Positions 10,600-22,149 of a DNA stretch of 64,000 bases are shown piece by piece. The translations under genes were made by a program, and so were the position numbers. Within the stretch, counting starts at the first letter, position 1, and each line of letters starts with the position of its first letter. The DNA is from Raillietiella orientalis (lineage: Eukaryota), in the NCBI GenBank assembly GCA_036172245.1, contig JAYWIR010000038.1, positions 1,240,001 through 1,304,000 on the forward strand. Reading direction: 5' to 3'. Under the pieces are notes generated by a model that did no database searches, was not told the DNA's origin, and was given only the letters and a program-made list of their open reading frames with translations.

Positions 10600-13500
10600 T
10601 CACCAGGGAGGTCTGGGCTTTCTGGTGCCGGTCCGATGCACACCAAAGCCTCCCTCAGTGCCAGCGGGCCCGTGGCACGAGTCCCCCCGGCCTTGTCTCC
10701 CGGACGCTCCCCCTCTACCCACCACGTTCGGCCGAGCCGCGTGCACGAAGCTGCGAAGGGCCGAAGAATCGTGGGCGGGATCCGGAAAGCGAGGTGCTCC
10801 GGGCAGGGCGTGGTACCGAGGGGCCTGGGTACGGGCACACTTGAATAGGGTCTTTTTCCCACGCCTTTGCTCCGGACCTCTTCGCGCAGGGAGGACGCGA
10901 TCCTCTTCCTCGCGCTCCCGTCCGAAGCGGCACTCCCGACTGTGGAGGAGCAGGGGGAGTCCCTCCTCGGGCCAGGTGCCCGTCTGCCGACGCTCCACGT
11001 CGAGGTACGGTTACAGTCCTTCATGCTCGGGCTGGTGAAGGGCGACGTCCGTCTGAACACTTGAGGCAAGGAAGGGCAGAGCCGTGACCCGGAAACTCGG
11101 GGGTTCGAATCCCGGCAGCAGCCTCTTTCCTGAATACTCCCAACCCGATATCGTTCCCCTGGATCCGAGGGTGGCAGCGGAGTCGAATAGCCCGAAGACG
11201 TGGGAATGCGTCCGCCACCGCCCCTTTCTTCGTCCTCCTCGCGAACTCCAGAACTTTCTGGAAAGTTTTCTCCTGTCCACTTATTCTGGAGAGATGCTAT
11301 GGCCATCCGGAAGGAGGAGAAATGCCAACGAGAGAGCAGGAAATCAGCACCTGCAGAGAGGGAATCCGAGTGGCTGCTCCCGATGACAAGCAGCCACTTC
11401 TGCTTGACATTGGCGGTCAAGATGAGGCCTTCGGAATGTGCTGGTTCCTTGATCTGCTGTTCCCAAAAGTCTTCCCGCACGAACCAACTGAGGTATGCTG
11501 AGGACCGCGTGCTTCTTCTCCATGTCTTCACCTTCACGGCTGAAAGATCCCATCGAGGATCGGTGTAGAGGAGAGTACCCCCGGTTTCACTGCAAGCCTT
11601 CGTGCGTGTCGAAGCAGCCAAAGGAGAGCAAGGACTCAGACCCGGGGTGTGTGCGTGCGACTTGGGAAAGAGTTGCGTGCGCTGAGAGCTCCCTTCGGGT
11701 ATGACAACGCCCTTCCAGTCAGGGAAGCCTTTGGTGGGCGTCCTCGGAAATGCCTTCTGCCTGCACCACTCGGTCTCCTCAGCAATGGGGAGGGAGAGGG
11801 GTCCCACGGAACAGATGCACACCATCTCGCCAGCCCCCATTCCTTGGTGGAAGCCGAGATCTCCAGAGTGGCTCCGCACATGCTCTGAGGCTTCAGAGCT
11901 CTTCTGAGAAACGCGTCCACCTGTCCTTTTGGGGGAACAGTCGAAGCTCTCGCACGAGGCGTCGCCAAGAGGAAGGGCAGAGGGAGAGAGGGAGAGAAGG
12001 ATGAGGACCCATCTCGCCTCCTTGCCTGCCCTTTACTACAGATTTGCTAAGGACGCCCGAAGGGCATCAGGAGCAAGCGCTGCATAAGCGGTGAAGATCT
12101 GCCCAGCTCCACTGTTCGGAAGACTGAGGATCTCTGCCGTCCTCTTCTGCACCTTCACCTCGCTTCCTCTCTCGTCTTTGACCGCTTTCTCCTCTCGCTG
12201 AGCGCCAGCCTCCCCGTCGGAGCCTCCCCTTTGCTACATGCAAGGCAGTGGAGAGTTCCGCCGCGCGCCATTCTCTCGCGAGTTCTTCAATAGACGCAGC
12301 TCCATGCTGCGCCCAGCCTCCTGCTTCTCACCAGGATGCCAGGACTCCCCTCGTTCGGGAGCGCTGCGGGAGACGCATTCGCGCCACCACTTCCTCCTTA
12401 CGAGAGTCCCCTCCCGCGTTGGCGACCAGGGAAGAGAGGGAGATTCCCTTCGCTCCTAGGTAGCTGCTGCATCTGCGCTTGGATTCCTGGATCCTTCTCC
12501 CGCGTGGCTCCCGGGACTGCTGTCAAAGCTTCGGGGAGAATTTCCACCACTGCACAGGGTGTCGCGCGGTGATCACGCGATGACGCAGTCCATCGGTGAC
12601 GCCTGAAACGGAGGAACGGGGAATGGTGGCTTCCAGCCGGCACAGACTGAGGACGGAACCGAAACAGGCTCTCGAGGAAGAGTCGGTGGAAACTGTCGGC
12701 GTTGCACGACTCTGTACGAAGTTTCGACGACGGCGCTAGAAGGCGCCAGGCAGGGAGGGGGAGGGAGGACAGACAACGAGGATCTGGCGAACGGCGACCG
12801 GGTCGGGGGCATTGAAGATCTAGAGAAATGCGCGGGCAACACAAGTTGAATGAGGAATGCGCACCGAGCTTTCCAGAGATGCGGAACGTGGGATGGATCC
12901 TTGCTCGAGAGGAAACCCTTCCAGCTGATGCAATCGGCCGGGGAAGACGCGTCGGGGACCATCATCCACTGCCCACCGGTCAGTTCTTTGCATGGCGCTG
13001 CCAAGACCCTCAATCAACAAAAGATCGACATAGGGCCGCTGTGCGTGCGCTCAGCTTCTAAGGTGTCTTTTCTTCTTTTCTTTCTCGGTGTGATTTCTGA
13101 AGGGAACGCGGTTGCTGCCGGGGCTGCCCGGGGAGTCGGGCGGAGGGGCCAGGAGGAGGTCGCGCACTCGAGCGCAGGCGACGCCGCTTTCCGGACCGAC
13201 GAGGCGCGGCCGTCTTGACCGCGGGTGCTTCCTGTCTCCCCGGGTCCCTCGTCAGGCAGGTCAGCAGGAGCGTCCGCATCGCGTCTTTGCAGGACGCGGA
13301 AGCCTGCTTTCGTTCGGTAGCTGAGCCAGCTGAATCCCTCCGCCCCCGGCAGCGACCCGCCGCACTTGCTTAGCGCCTCAGGCTCACACGGCCCTCGCAC
13401 TTGCGGTTCCTCCGGATCTCTATAGTGACTCGTGAGCTTGGGGTTCTTGTGTGGACTTGCGCGGGCCTCCCTCTCAGTGGTCACTTTTGGTGGACAACAC

Positions 13501-14400
13501 CAGGGGTTCGTCACGACTGCTGCTGGGGTCTCCTTCCGGATGGGGTTTCGGCCCGCGCACATCGTCTGGCCCACTGGTGCCTCCCGTTCGGCGCCTCTCA
13601 GCTCCCCGGGCACTGATCCCGGAGGCAAGTTGTAATGCCGTAGTCGATCGGAGAGACACCAAAGGATGGATCCTAGATCAATCTCGAGCGCCTCGCCAGC
13701 CGTCGTGAACTGAAGCTGCAGGAAGAGACGCGGTCAGCTTCCACGGGTCCTTCTCACACACCCTCCTCCGTTTCGGGATGTCGCGGATCTGTATGCTGGA
13801 CTCCGGAAGCCAGCCGAGTATCCTCAAATCCCCTTCTTTGACGAAGGAAGGGACATTTCCAAGAAACCAGAGAGTCAGTCGGCAGGAGGGGAAGCTTCTT
13901 TGCGGGGTCGCCGGCGGACCCTCCGCCGTGCCGCAGAAGGCCCGGGAAATTCTCAAAGGTTCCACGCACGCTCTTCGGTAGAGGACGCGGCTCCTTCCCT
14001 CCCTGCGGGCATCGGTTGGGGGTTCATAGAAGGCTGAGCGTCCTCTGCAGCCGACCCGTCCGCGCTTCTGCCCAGCCTCTGCTGCCTTCCTTCCCCTCCC
14101 GGGTGTCTCCAACCACCAGATGCTCTCGCTCTGCATCAGGGAGGAGGGGGAGGGGAGGCGAGCGAAGCGTCTGAGGTCACGTCTAAGGTCTGAGGTCTGA
14201 GTTCAGGGAATGGGTGAGGAGAGGAAGCAGCCAGTGCAGTACGCAGCGGCTGTGCCCGAAGGCTTTGGCCCTCACGGGTGTTCCCGTGCGTTCCACGGGA
14301 ACGTACGGGAACACCCCATCCCGCGGCCACTTCCGGAAGGTCGAAGCGGAGCTCGCAGCACCCTCACAGGGACTCTCGGAAGACAACAGGGAGGGAGGAG
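10600..14400 (-). mobile_element. Decayed LINE ORF2 relic (RT through C-terminal region)
   Basis: Collinear degenerate motifs: GFEDTRLASGVQH (AF.D...AYD.V), ERTHSGPMSIFC then LLIEGL (GLRQG.P.SP.LF), SYLG (~12455), SGDLGF (GD.GW), KTLFKCARTQ (LLF.AR.G). A separate B-box fragment GGTTCGAATCC lies at 11102-11112 (+). Confidence 0.55.
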
Positions 14401-14994
14401 AGAGCGCGAAGCGATGCGGGGAAACCGGAAAGCGTTCCTGGGATTCCAGGTTACCAGCGCCTCCCGGCCGCGTTCTTCCGCTCTCCTTCCTCCTCTCGCT
14501 GCCGTCATCTCCGGGACGACGGGGGCAGGAAGCCAGTCGTCGGCTACTGACTCGTCGTCGGCCCTCCTCCCGACCCCCTTCCTCGCAAGAAAAAAACCCG
14601 TGAATTTCCCCCCGTGCCGCGATGCTGCAGCTGGGAGTCCACATTCGACTGGGAGCATCGCAGCCGCCGCAGCCGGAAAGGCTGCAGGAGAAAGGAGGAG
14701 ACCTGTCGTTCCTCCCTCCGCGTCCGGGACACCACGTTGTCTGCAGCTCTCCTCTCGCGAGGGCGGCGGACAGCGCGTTAGAGGGCTGCACATGCTTCGG
14801 CCTGCATTCCGACACCTGCGAGCGGCGGCGGCATCAGCGATGGAAGCGACTTCCTTGCGGAAGAGCCCAAGGCGAGATTGCGGGTGTGGGTGGGTGGATG
14901 TGGGGTGGGGAAGGAAGTTCGGATCTCTTGAAGGTCTTGTTCAGTAGGACCATGGACTTGTGGGGGAGAGGAGCAGATGGGACTGACCTCTCCA

Positions 14995-15240
14995 AGAGAC
15001 GGAGGGGGGAAGAGGAAAGGAGGGAGGAAAAAGGGATAAAGGGAGGAGGGGAAGAAATGAGGAGGAAGAGAAGGAAGGGAGGAGGAAAGGAAGCAGATCA
15101 GGAACAGGACAGAGACAGAGAGAAAGAGCGAGAGGATCCAGGAAAGGAACAGAAGAGGAAGGATGGAAGCGGAGGTGGTGATGATCGTGATGATCAGGAG
15201 GAGGAAGAGGAGAAAGGAGAGGGAAGAAAGAAAAGATGAA
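14995..15240. repeat. Purine-rich (GA/GGA) low-complexity tract
   Basis: Almost exclusively G/A on the plus strand. Confidence 0.85.
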
Positions 15241-15710
15241 GGCGCTGGTGATGACTGATGAAGAGAAGGTGCGGATTCTCGACGATGCACCCATGACAGG
15301 TAGGCGGAAGCACGGAAGCATATGTTGGCCAGACCTCTGGTCAGGGAGGAACGCTCAGGGATTCGGGAGTTCTCTGGCAAAAAGAAGGGGAAGAGAGAAC
15401 AAGGAAGAGGTCGTGGGGCGTCGTGCTTTCTACACTTGGTGGAGAGGAGTTGGCGGTAAGAAGAGGGCCAGGCGACCTTCTCTGTGTTGGAGGAGGAGAA
15501 AAGGACAGGAGTGGACGAATCTCTCGGATGGGTTGAGGCTGCTGCTGCGGCGGGAGTGCCGAACGAGTGAGTCCGAAGCGACCCTTCCGGGAGGGAGCTT
15601 CCGAGGGAGCGCCTTGCTGGGAGCGACGTGGGAGACGGAGGTAACAGGGGCAGAAGTTTCTGCTGCTGACGGTACCCTCTGGAAGTCCGCGCGCTCCAAA
15701 GAGGGGTAAG
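15240..15710 (+). mobile_element. Possible LINE endonuclease-RT linker relic
   Basis: ORF 15236-15709 contains RAFYTWW...KKRARR, which resembles the WW linker motif of LINE ORF2. The match is weak. Confidence 0.25.
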
Positions 15711-16262
15711 GCGAGTCCTGCGTTGTCTGGAATATGGGCTCTTCTTGAGGAAGATGCGATCATTTCCTCCCCCATCCCCTCCTCCTCCTCCCTCCTCGTA
15801 TTCCCTGATGGGTCCGGACGTGCGAGCTGCGCAGGGCGCGCCGTAGCTGAGCGGGGCATTTCCGTTCGCACGGTCTTTCGCCGGTTGGTCCAGCAGGGCG
15901 CACGTTCCCGGCGAAGCTCCTGCGGGGGCGTTCCCCTCTACTTGCGGGAGGAAGGAGGAGGAGAGGGGGGAAGAGTGGTAGCGCCGCCCGTTGCTGCCCT
16001 CTCCATCCCGAAAGTTCGCTCCTCCTCGCCACTCTTCACCCCTCCGCCGTCCCCCTGGGGCGCGCTCCGAAGCCCCGCTCGAGGTCGTCGCCGGGGAAAC
16101 CGCGAGCTCTCGCAGACTCGCGGACGCCTCCGACGCAATTCCAGATCGGTCGCATTCTTTCGGGAGAACGCCCGCGGGTTACTTTTTCTCCCCCTCTCCC
16201 TCCCTTTCTCTCCCCCCTTCCCCCTTTTCACTTCCCCCCTCCCTCCTCCTCCTCGCTCTCCC

Positions 16263-16344
16263 CATCTGCAGAGGCACGCACGGGGCACGCGAGGTGACGC
16301 GCGAGTAGCGGAACTCTGTGGGCGGGGCGGAGCTACCGTGGGAA
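16263..16344 (+). promoter_or_regulatory. Proximal ASH cis-regulatory cluster: E-box, Hairy/E(spl) class-C site, GC box, Su(H)/CSL site
   Basis: CATCTG (16263-16268), GGCACGCG (16284-16291), GGGGCGG (16324-16330) and CGTGGGAA (16337-16344), all within 95 bp upstream of the first in-frame ATG. Confidence 0.5.
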
Positions 16345-16355
16345 AGGAAGAGAAA

Positions 16356-17153
16356 ATGTGCACACCGTCGCCCTACCGTACGCAGTCGGTGGGTAGAGGT
16401 GAGATGACTGAGGACGTGCCGGGATTCGCTTCCGTGATGGCCCTCGGCGATAGCCCTTCGAAGCGGCTCGTCGCGGGCGAGTTCGCCTCCTCCCAGGGCG
16501 CCAAGTGCGTCGGTGGCGGCGGCGGCGGCATCGTCGGCTACAAGCGCGTCCGCTCGGCAGCGGTGGTGGCGGCGACGGACACACCCCACGGCGCTGAGGA
16601 GCTGCCCAAGGTCCGTCGCAAGGGAGGCGGATGCGAAGGGCCTTACTTCGCCCAAGCCCCTCCCGGAGTGGCCAGGAGGAACGCGCGCGAGAGGAACAGG
16701 GTCAAGCAGGTCAACAACGGGTTCGCGGCCCTGCGGCAGCACCTCCCGGTCGGGGCCGGAGGGAAAAAGATGAGCAAGGTGGAGACCCTGCGCACCGCCG
16801 TCGCATACATACGCAACCTGAAGGAGCTGCTGGACAGCGAGGCCATGAGTGTCGTCGATTCCCGCTCCTCCTCTGTCCCCAACCCCATTTACTACTCGGG
16901 ACTGCAGTTCCCTCCGCAGATAGGCGCGGCCAACTTGCTGGCCTCGCAGAACAGCAGTGGGACCTATGGCTCGGGGCAGAGCAGCCTGCTGTCCCCCTGC
17001 AGCAGCGATGCCACGTCCCCTTCGCCGTCCAGCTGCTCCGAAACCTCCCCCGGATACGAAAAGACGCTCAAGTACGGTTCCGTGGAATCCAACCTCAGCC
17101 CAGAGGACGAGGACTTCCTGGAAGCGATATCGTGGTGGCAGAGCCACTCCTGA
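16356..17153 (+). CDS. ASH: Proneural achaete-scute homologue (class A bHLH), single exon
   Basis: bHLH domain [55 protein letters not shown], a Ser/Pro-rich region, and the arthropod proneural C-terminal motif [15 protein letters not shown]. First in-frame ATG is 16356 (alternatives 16404 and 16437); stop TGA at 17151-17153. Confidence 0.97.
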   Translation: MCTPSPYRTQSVGRGEMTEDVPGFASVMALGDSPSKRLVAGEFASSQGAKCVGGGGGGIVGYKRVRSAAVVAATDTPHGAEELPKVRRKGGGCEGPYFAQAPPGVARRNARERNRVKQVNNGFAALRQHLPVGAGGKKMSKVETLRTAVAYIRNLKELLDSEAMSVVDSRSSSVPNPIYYSGLQFPPQIGAANLLASQNSSGTYGSGQSSLLSPCSSDATSPSPSSCSETSPGYEKTLKYGSVESNLSPEDEDFLEAISWWQSHS

Positions 17154-17373
17154 GGTGAGGAACGGGCTCTGGGACGCGCGCGCGTGGCTGGCGGTCTCTC
17201 CGGAAAACTCAGAAACGGAAAGTGCGGTTCGTGAGGGAAGGGTGAGCCAGCAGCTACCTAATGGTCATCCATTCCTTCTGGGAGGGAATTCACAGTCCCT
17301 CTGAGAGGAAAAAACACACACACACATACAGCCGCAGAAAAAAAAAAAAAGGAAGCGTGCTACCTTTCGTATC

Positions 17374-17380
17374 AGCTTTA
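17374..17380 (+). promoter_or_regulatory. Brd-box (AGCTTTA) miRNA seed-match site in the putative ASH 3' UTR
   Basis: CAGCTTTA lies 220 nt after the stop codon. The extent of the UTR is inferred. Confidence 0.4.
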
Positions 17381-18406
17381 TGTACCTGTCCATCATGTTG
17401 CGCGCTTTTTCATGCCCTCTCCAACAGGCCGCGGATTCTATGGCAACTCCTCCCCATGCTCGTGGGGCTCGCAGCCCGTTTCAATCGGGGAGAAACCAGG
17501 ATGATTCCAGGGACTGGATTTTCCCCTACCTGTGCTCAAAAATGACACCACTGCCCTCTGTAGGCCTGTGCGGGGGAACGGACGCATCCGCACCCCCCCT
17601 CGAATTTCGCATAGTGCTAAACGAAGGATCGATAGCGCAACAATCGCGTGCGATTCCACCAATCGAGCGGGAGGGAGGGAGCGATTCCGTTTCCGTTTCG
17701 GCCGGATTAGGCCCAGTGCTAGGCTGGTGTCATCGAGTAATTGACTGCGGAGTTTTCCATCCTCCTCCACAAGATGTGTCACTTTTCGAGGGAGCCGTGT
17801 ACCTCCTTTTCTTTCCTACTTATTCTCCTCGCTCCCCTCCCCTCCCCCCCCCCGCTTCTCCTCCCCCCCTCCTCCCTTTTCGTTTCGTTTTGCTTTTTGT
17901 TGGCTTTTCCGAAGTCCCCTGTTTTCTTGGAGAAGGAAACTTTCGTGCTCAGCAAGCAGAACGTTCCGTGGACCTCTCAAAAGAGGAAGTTTCGATTCTG
18001 CGGCATCATCGCCCCTATAGCCTTCGTCCTTTCGGGCCAGCGCAGAAGAAAACAGCAGACAGAACTGCACCAAGATCGCGCGATGCGGCGACGTTCGCCA
18101 CCGCGGAAAGTGAAAGTCCCCCCGGCCCGATCCTGCGATATCCTACGAGAGGAAAGAGGAGAATTCCGCCGAGAATTTGCCTCGATTCGAATCGCACTGT
18201 CTGCAACGGAAACCGAGTTTGAAGAATGCTGGCAGGGAGGTAGGAAAGGGGAGGGGGGCAGGGGCAGGGGGGAGTGGCAGCATTCGTACGAAGCTTTTTC
18301 CATTTTCCTTCCTTTCCTTTTTTTACGCTCATCAATAATAAGACTTTTCGGTTAGGTCACCGAGGCTGCAAGAGCTACAAAGGTTCGGAGGGTTCATTCA
18401 CATAAG

Positions 18407-18412
18407 AATAAA
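18407..18412 (+). terminator. Candidate ASH polyadenylation signal
   Basis: First AATAAA I noticed after the ASH stop, in an AT-rich patch followed by T-rich sequence. Confidence 0.35.
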
Positions 18413-18899
18413 AATTTTCTTTTCACAGACTTTTCTGAAATTAAATTCTCCGCTCTAATCAAGCAAGTCCTTCGCTCACGGGTATTCCTTTCTTTCCTTT
18501 CCTTTCCCGTAAACGGTTCCTTCACCCCCTCCCCCCTCCTCCTCTTTTTTTTTTTTTTTTTATTTAAAACGCTGCCCCCTTGCCTCGATTCTCCTTTTCT
18601 TGATATGCCTTTCTTTGCTTTCCCATTCTCCTTTTGAACCTGTTCGCCAGCCTATGGCTGAGTGCGTCTCTATTGATTCACGTACTCCCCCCGTTTTCCT
18701 TTGCCATTGTGGGGAGGCAAAGGGAACAGACTCTCTTGGCCCCCTTCCAGGTTATATTTTATTTTATTTTATTTATTTATTTTTTTGGCTACCTGTCTAG
18801 ACAACGTACGTCGAGGAGACCGTTTACCTTCGGTGACTCGTGCTCGCCCCAGAGTTTTATTTATTCTTCCGTTCGTCACTCGTCTTTGTCATAGCCTCT

Positions 18900-19260
18900 G
18901 GCGAACAGCGAGTGGGACATCACGCATCCATTCGGGGGATCCTAGAAGGTGGTCGCCAAAAAGATGCGAGGTGAAGTCTGTCTCCCCTCCGCGAGAACGA
19001 CGAGACTAGAAGTTTGACTGGAGAGGGGATGGGGGGGGGGGGGAGAAGGATGGGGAAGAGGGGGGGGACAGGAATGAGGCTGCTTGGGAGGGAATCGCAA
19101 GATGCTTTGCATGGTGAAGACAAAGAGGCGGAGAGGGGAAACGAGAAGAACATGTGGACGGAAACAGGGGTCGTGCTAGGGGGAGCTGAGGTGAGGTCGG
19201 GCTTGCAGAATGGAGGGTATGGAATGGAATCAAGCGGACAAGGGGCGGAGGAGATGGGGT
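18900..19260 (+). mobile_element. Decayed LINE APE-endonuclease fragment
   Basis: KFDWRG...RMGKRGGTGMRLL...EKNMWTETGVVLGG resembles the GY.W.G..R...RGGGVG.L...E.LW segment of APE endonucleases. Confidence 0.45.
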
Positions 19261-20899
19261 AGGGGAGGAGGAGCTCCGTAAGCGAGGCCAAACCGCCTGT
19301 TTCTAAAGAGCTCCCGAGAGGAACCCCTCTCTTAACTATTTCCTGTTTGTAACCTGCACTCCATTCCAGATTAGGACTGCCACCACCAACGCCACCTCAT
19401 TCTAGCCCGACACACGCACATCGTCGTCGTCGCCTGCTGGGGGTCTCTGTCCTCCAAGAAATCTCCTAGCTCAAGGGAGGAGGAGGTTGTCCCTGGTCTC
19501 AGGAGCAAACCGGTTTCTTCAGTCCCTCCTCACCCCGAGCGTGTGCGCGCCCCTCTCGGTGAGGGCGACTTCCGCTCCTATGGAGGATCCCAGCCCGGTC
19601 GGCCAGCCTCGTGGGAGAGTCGCCGTGCCTGTCCTCCCCCCATCTCTCCCGGACATTCGCCCCAGGGAGCTCTCCCTCCTTCCTCGCCAGCAAGTCTTCC
19701 CCCGATTAATTGGGAATTAATCCCGTCACCCGCGACGCAGACCCAATCGGGAGACATCAAAACCGCTCGCCGCCGCCGCCGCCGCCGCCGCGGGCGGTGG
19801 CGGCGGCGGCAGCGGCAGCAGCAGCAACAGCAGCGAAGGCGGGGGAGGAGGACTGCCGGCAACCCCTCCCATCTCATTGTTGGGCCGCGCGCCCGAGGAG
19901 CCTCGACTTGACAGCGAGTCCCCTGGGCGAGAAGAGGAACACGAGCTTGCCGGCTGCAAATAAAAGAGAAAGTGCCTTCACCCGTCTTTCGTTTTTCATT
20001 CTCCTTCCCCCACCTCTTCCACCCCCACCCCTCCTTGCTGCTCTCCCCTCCCTTCCGTCCCTCCTCTTCCTCCTCTTCCTCACCCCCAGCTCATCGCCCG
20101 CTCGTCTCCCGCTTCTTCCCTTCGTTTCCTCTCCTGCCTGCGGGAGGTATCATCTGCGCAGCGCGTCTCGTTGCAAAAAACGGTGCGGAGGAACCGAACG
20201 GAGCTTTCCAAGGCAGGAAGACGACGACGTTGGGGAAAAGGGGAGGGAGAGTGAGGAAGGAAAAGAGGGAAAATCGAGTGGGGTTCGCCTCAGAGGATTC
20301 GGGCATTGGCTCTCCTCACTGGCCGCCTCCTACACGGATGGTGCGGGCGAAACTCTCGCCTGTCAGAGGGAGAGCCCTCTGACACTGCTCCCTCGCCCTG
20401 GCCTCGGGGAAAGGCGATGGATGGATGGAAGATAGAAAAGGGGAGGGGAGCGAAGAACGAGACGACGAGGGTGAGGAAAAAGCTAATTTCGTGGAGGAAT
20501 CACTCCCCCCCCACCCCTCCCTTCGATTCCTCGGTTTCCCCATCGTGGAAGAAGCAACAGCTGTTTCGGAGGGAAAGGAGAATGGTGTCGTGCTCGCCTC
20601 CGGAATCTTTGGCTTTACCAGTGCTTGTAGAAACCGTCAGCTCTCCCTCTCCACCTCCCTATCTCTTCACCTTTCCCGCAACCCAAAGGGGAGAGCAAGG
20701 CAAGCGCGAGGCGGATTTTTCGTCTTTTCGCATTGGAGTGTCTCCCCGAGCTCTCTCCTTCCTGCTCTTTCCCTTCGGCAGACGAACAGGAACAAGGAAA
20801 AAGGTTTCGAGCCCTTCCCTTGATCAGAAGCCCGAAGGCATGTTCCGAGCTTTTCGAAGGGGCAGAGGGATTCAGAAGGAGCGAGAAAAACTGCTCCCT

Positions 20900-21830
20900 T
20901 GACTTCTGGGGCGGTCGCGATGAAACTCGCTCGAGGCAAGAGTTGGACGCTGCGGCGACGTCCAACCCCTGCGGCTCGAAACTCTGACCTGCTCGTGTGA
21001 CCGCTCGCGTCCATCTGTCCAGGGTTCCAAATGACCCTTTGCTTCGAAGGCTCCACGCCCTTCCTCCTGTGGTTCGCTTCCCGTTGCACGAGTCAAGGGG
21101 ACTGGGGAGCCCAGCTGAGCAGTAGCCTGCTCTCTACCGCATCGCAACCAAAGGTTGACCTGTTGATCGCCTTCAGCATCCGAGAGGAGAATTGCGTTGC
21201 GAGGTGGTCTCGGGTCTCGTTCGACGAGTCTGATGTGCTCCAGGAGGACTACCCATTCCTCATCCAGGGACCTGCATCATTCGAAGCTCCTAGAAAGCTC
21301 CCCATCCATCACTGGAGTCGGTGTAGTCAAGTCCGACGTTTGCATCCTCCTCCTCCTTCCGGCGACAGGTCCTCCGATGGCACGGTCCTTCGGTTCGTCG
21401 TCGCTCACAAAGGCTCCCGATCTGGATCCTTTCCCATCCTTCGGTCATGCTACCGTGCTCTTTCTCCCTCTCGTGCAGGGACTCCTCCGTCTTCCCGGCA
21501 GCCATCTTCCCCCGAGTCCTTTCCTCGTGAAGGCGCTAGAGGAAGGCTGTGCGTCTTCGCCTCCGAGCGCAGTCACAGCGGCCGCCTGGGACCATCCGCC
21601 ACCTCCAGTGCCGAAGAGTCGGCGCAACTGCCTCCGCCCACTTTCCCCCTCCCTCTTCTGCATCTCTATCCAAGCCCGGAGCGGATGCGGTTCTTATCTC
21701 TCCCTTCCTTAGGGCCCTCCGCTTCTTGTGGTGGTCCTCCGTCCTTGCTGTCCATTCCTCCCTGGTTCGCCTGATGCGGCCTGTGACCTACTCCTTCTGG
21801 ATTCGCTCGCCCGCCTCCTGGTTCAAGGAG
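20900..21830 (-). mobile_element. Decayed LINE APE-endonuclease fragment
   Basis: Degenerate GDFN/D.NG-like segment (GAF..ASNDAG..MRNG) and GRERSHEQVRV (GSDH..I) in the expected order. Confidence 0.4.
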
Positions 21831-22149
21831 CAACGCTAGGATCCCGGGCAGAGCTCTCGTCTCCCCCTCGTGCCGTCCACTTGGGGGCGCTCGGAAGTCG
21901 AAGAGACTCAGCCTCCCTCCCAGATCCGCAGAACTCCCCTTCCATCGCTTCGCCCCCTGCGTCCTCCCCGACCGGGCGGCAGGAAGACGCCGGGTCTGGG
22001 TCCTCGTCCCGGACCTTCCCATCGCCTTGCTGACAGCGGCCGGTGCGCGTGCCGCTGTCCCGTGTCCACGTGACGTGGGCAAGGCGCCAAGTCCCCTCCC
22101 TCCCCACCGTTTCCGCATTCTTCCCCAACAGCCGGTGGGCCCGGTGTAT

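Noticed and set aside
15723..16355. 211-codon N-terminal extension of the ASH ORF in the track
   Set aside because: It starts at a non-ATG codon, is low-complexity, and covers promoter/5' UTR-like sequence; it is open only because of high GC.
16179..17147. 322-aa antisense ORF over ASH
   Set aside because: Typical shadow ORF of a GC3-rich coding sequence; no motifs.
10600..21830. Idea that ASH sits inside one LINE (endonuclease at 21 kb, RT at 14 kb)
   Set aside because: Fossils are dense everywhere in the window, so collinearity is easily coincidental, and there is no junction evidence.
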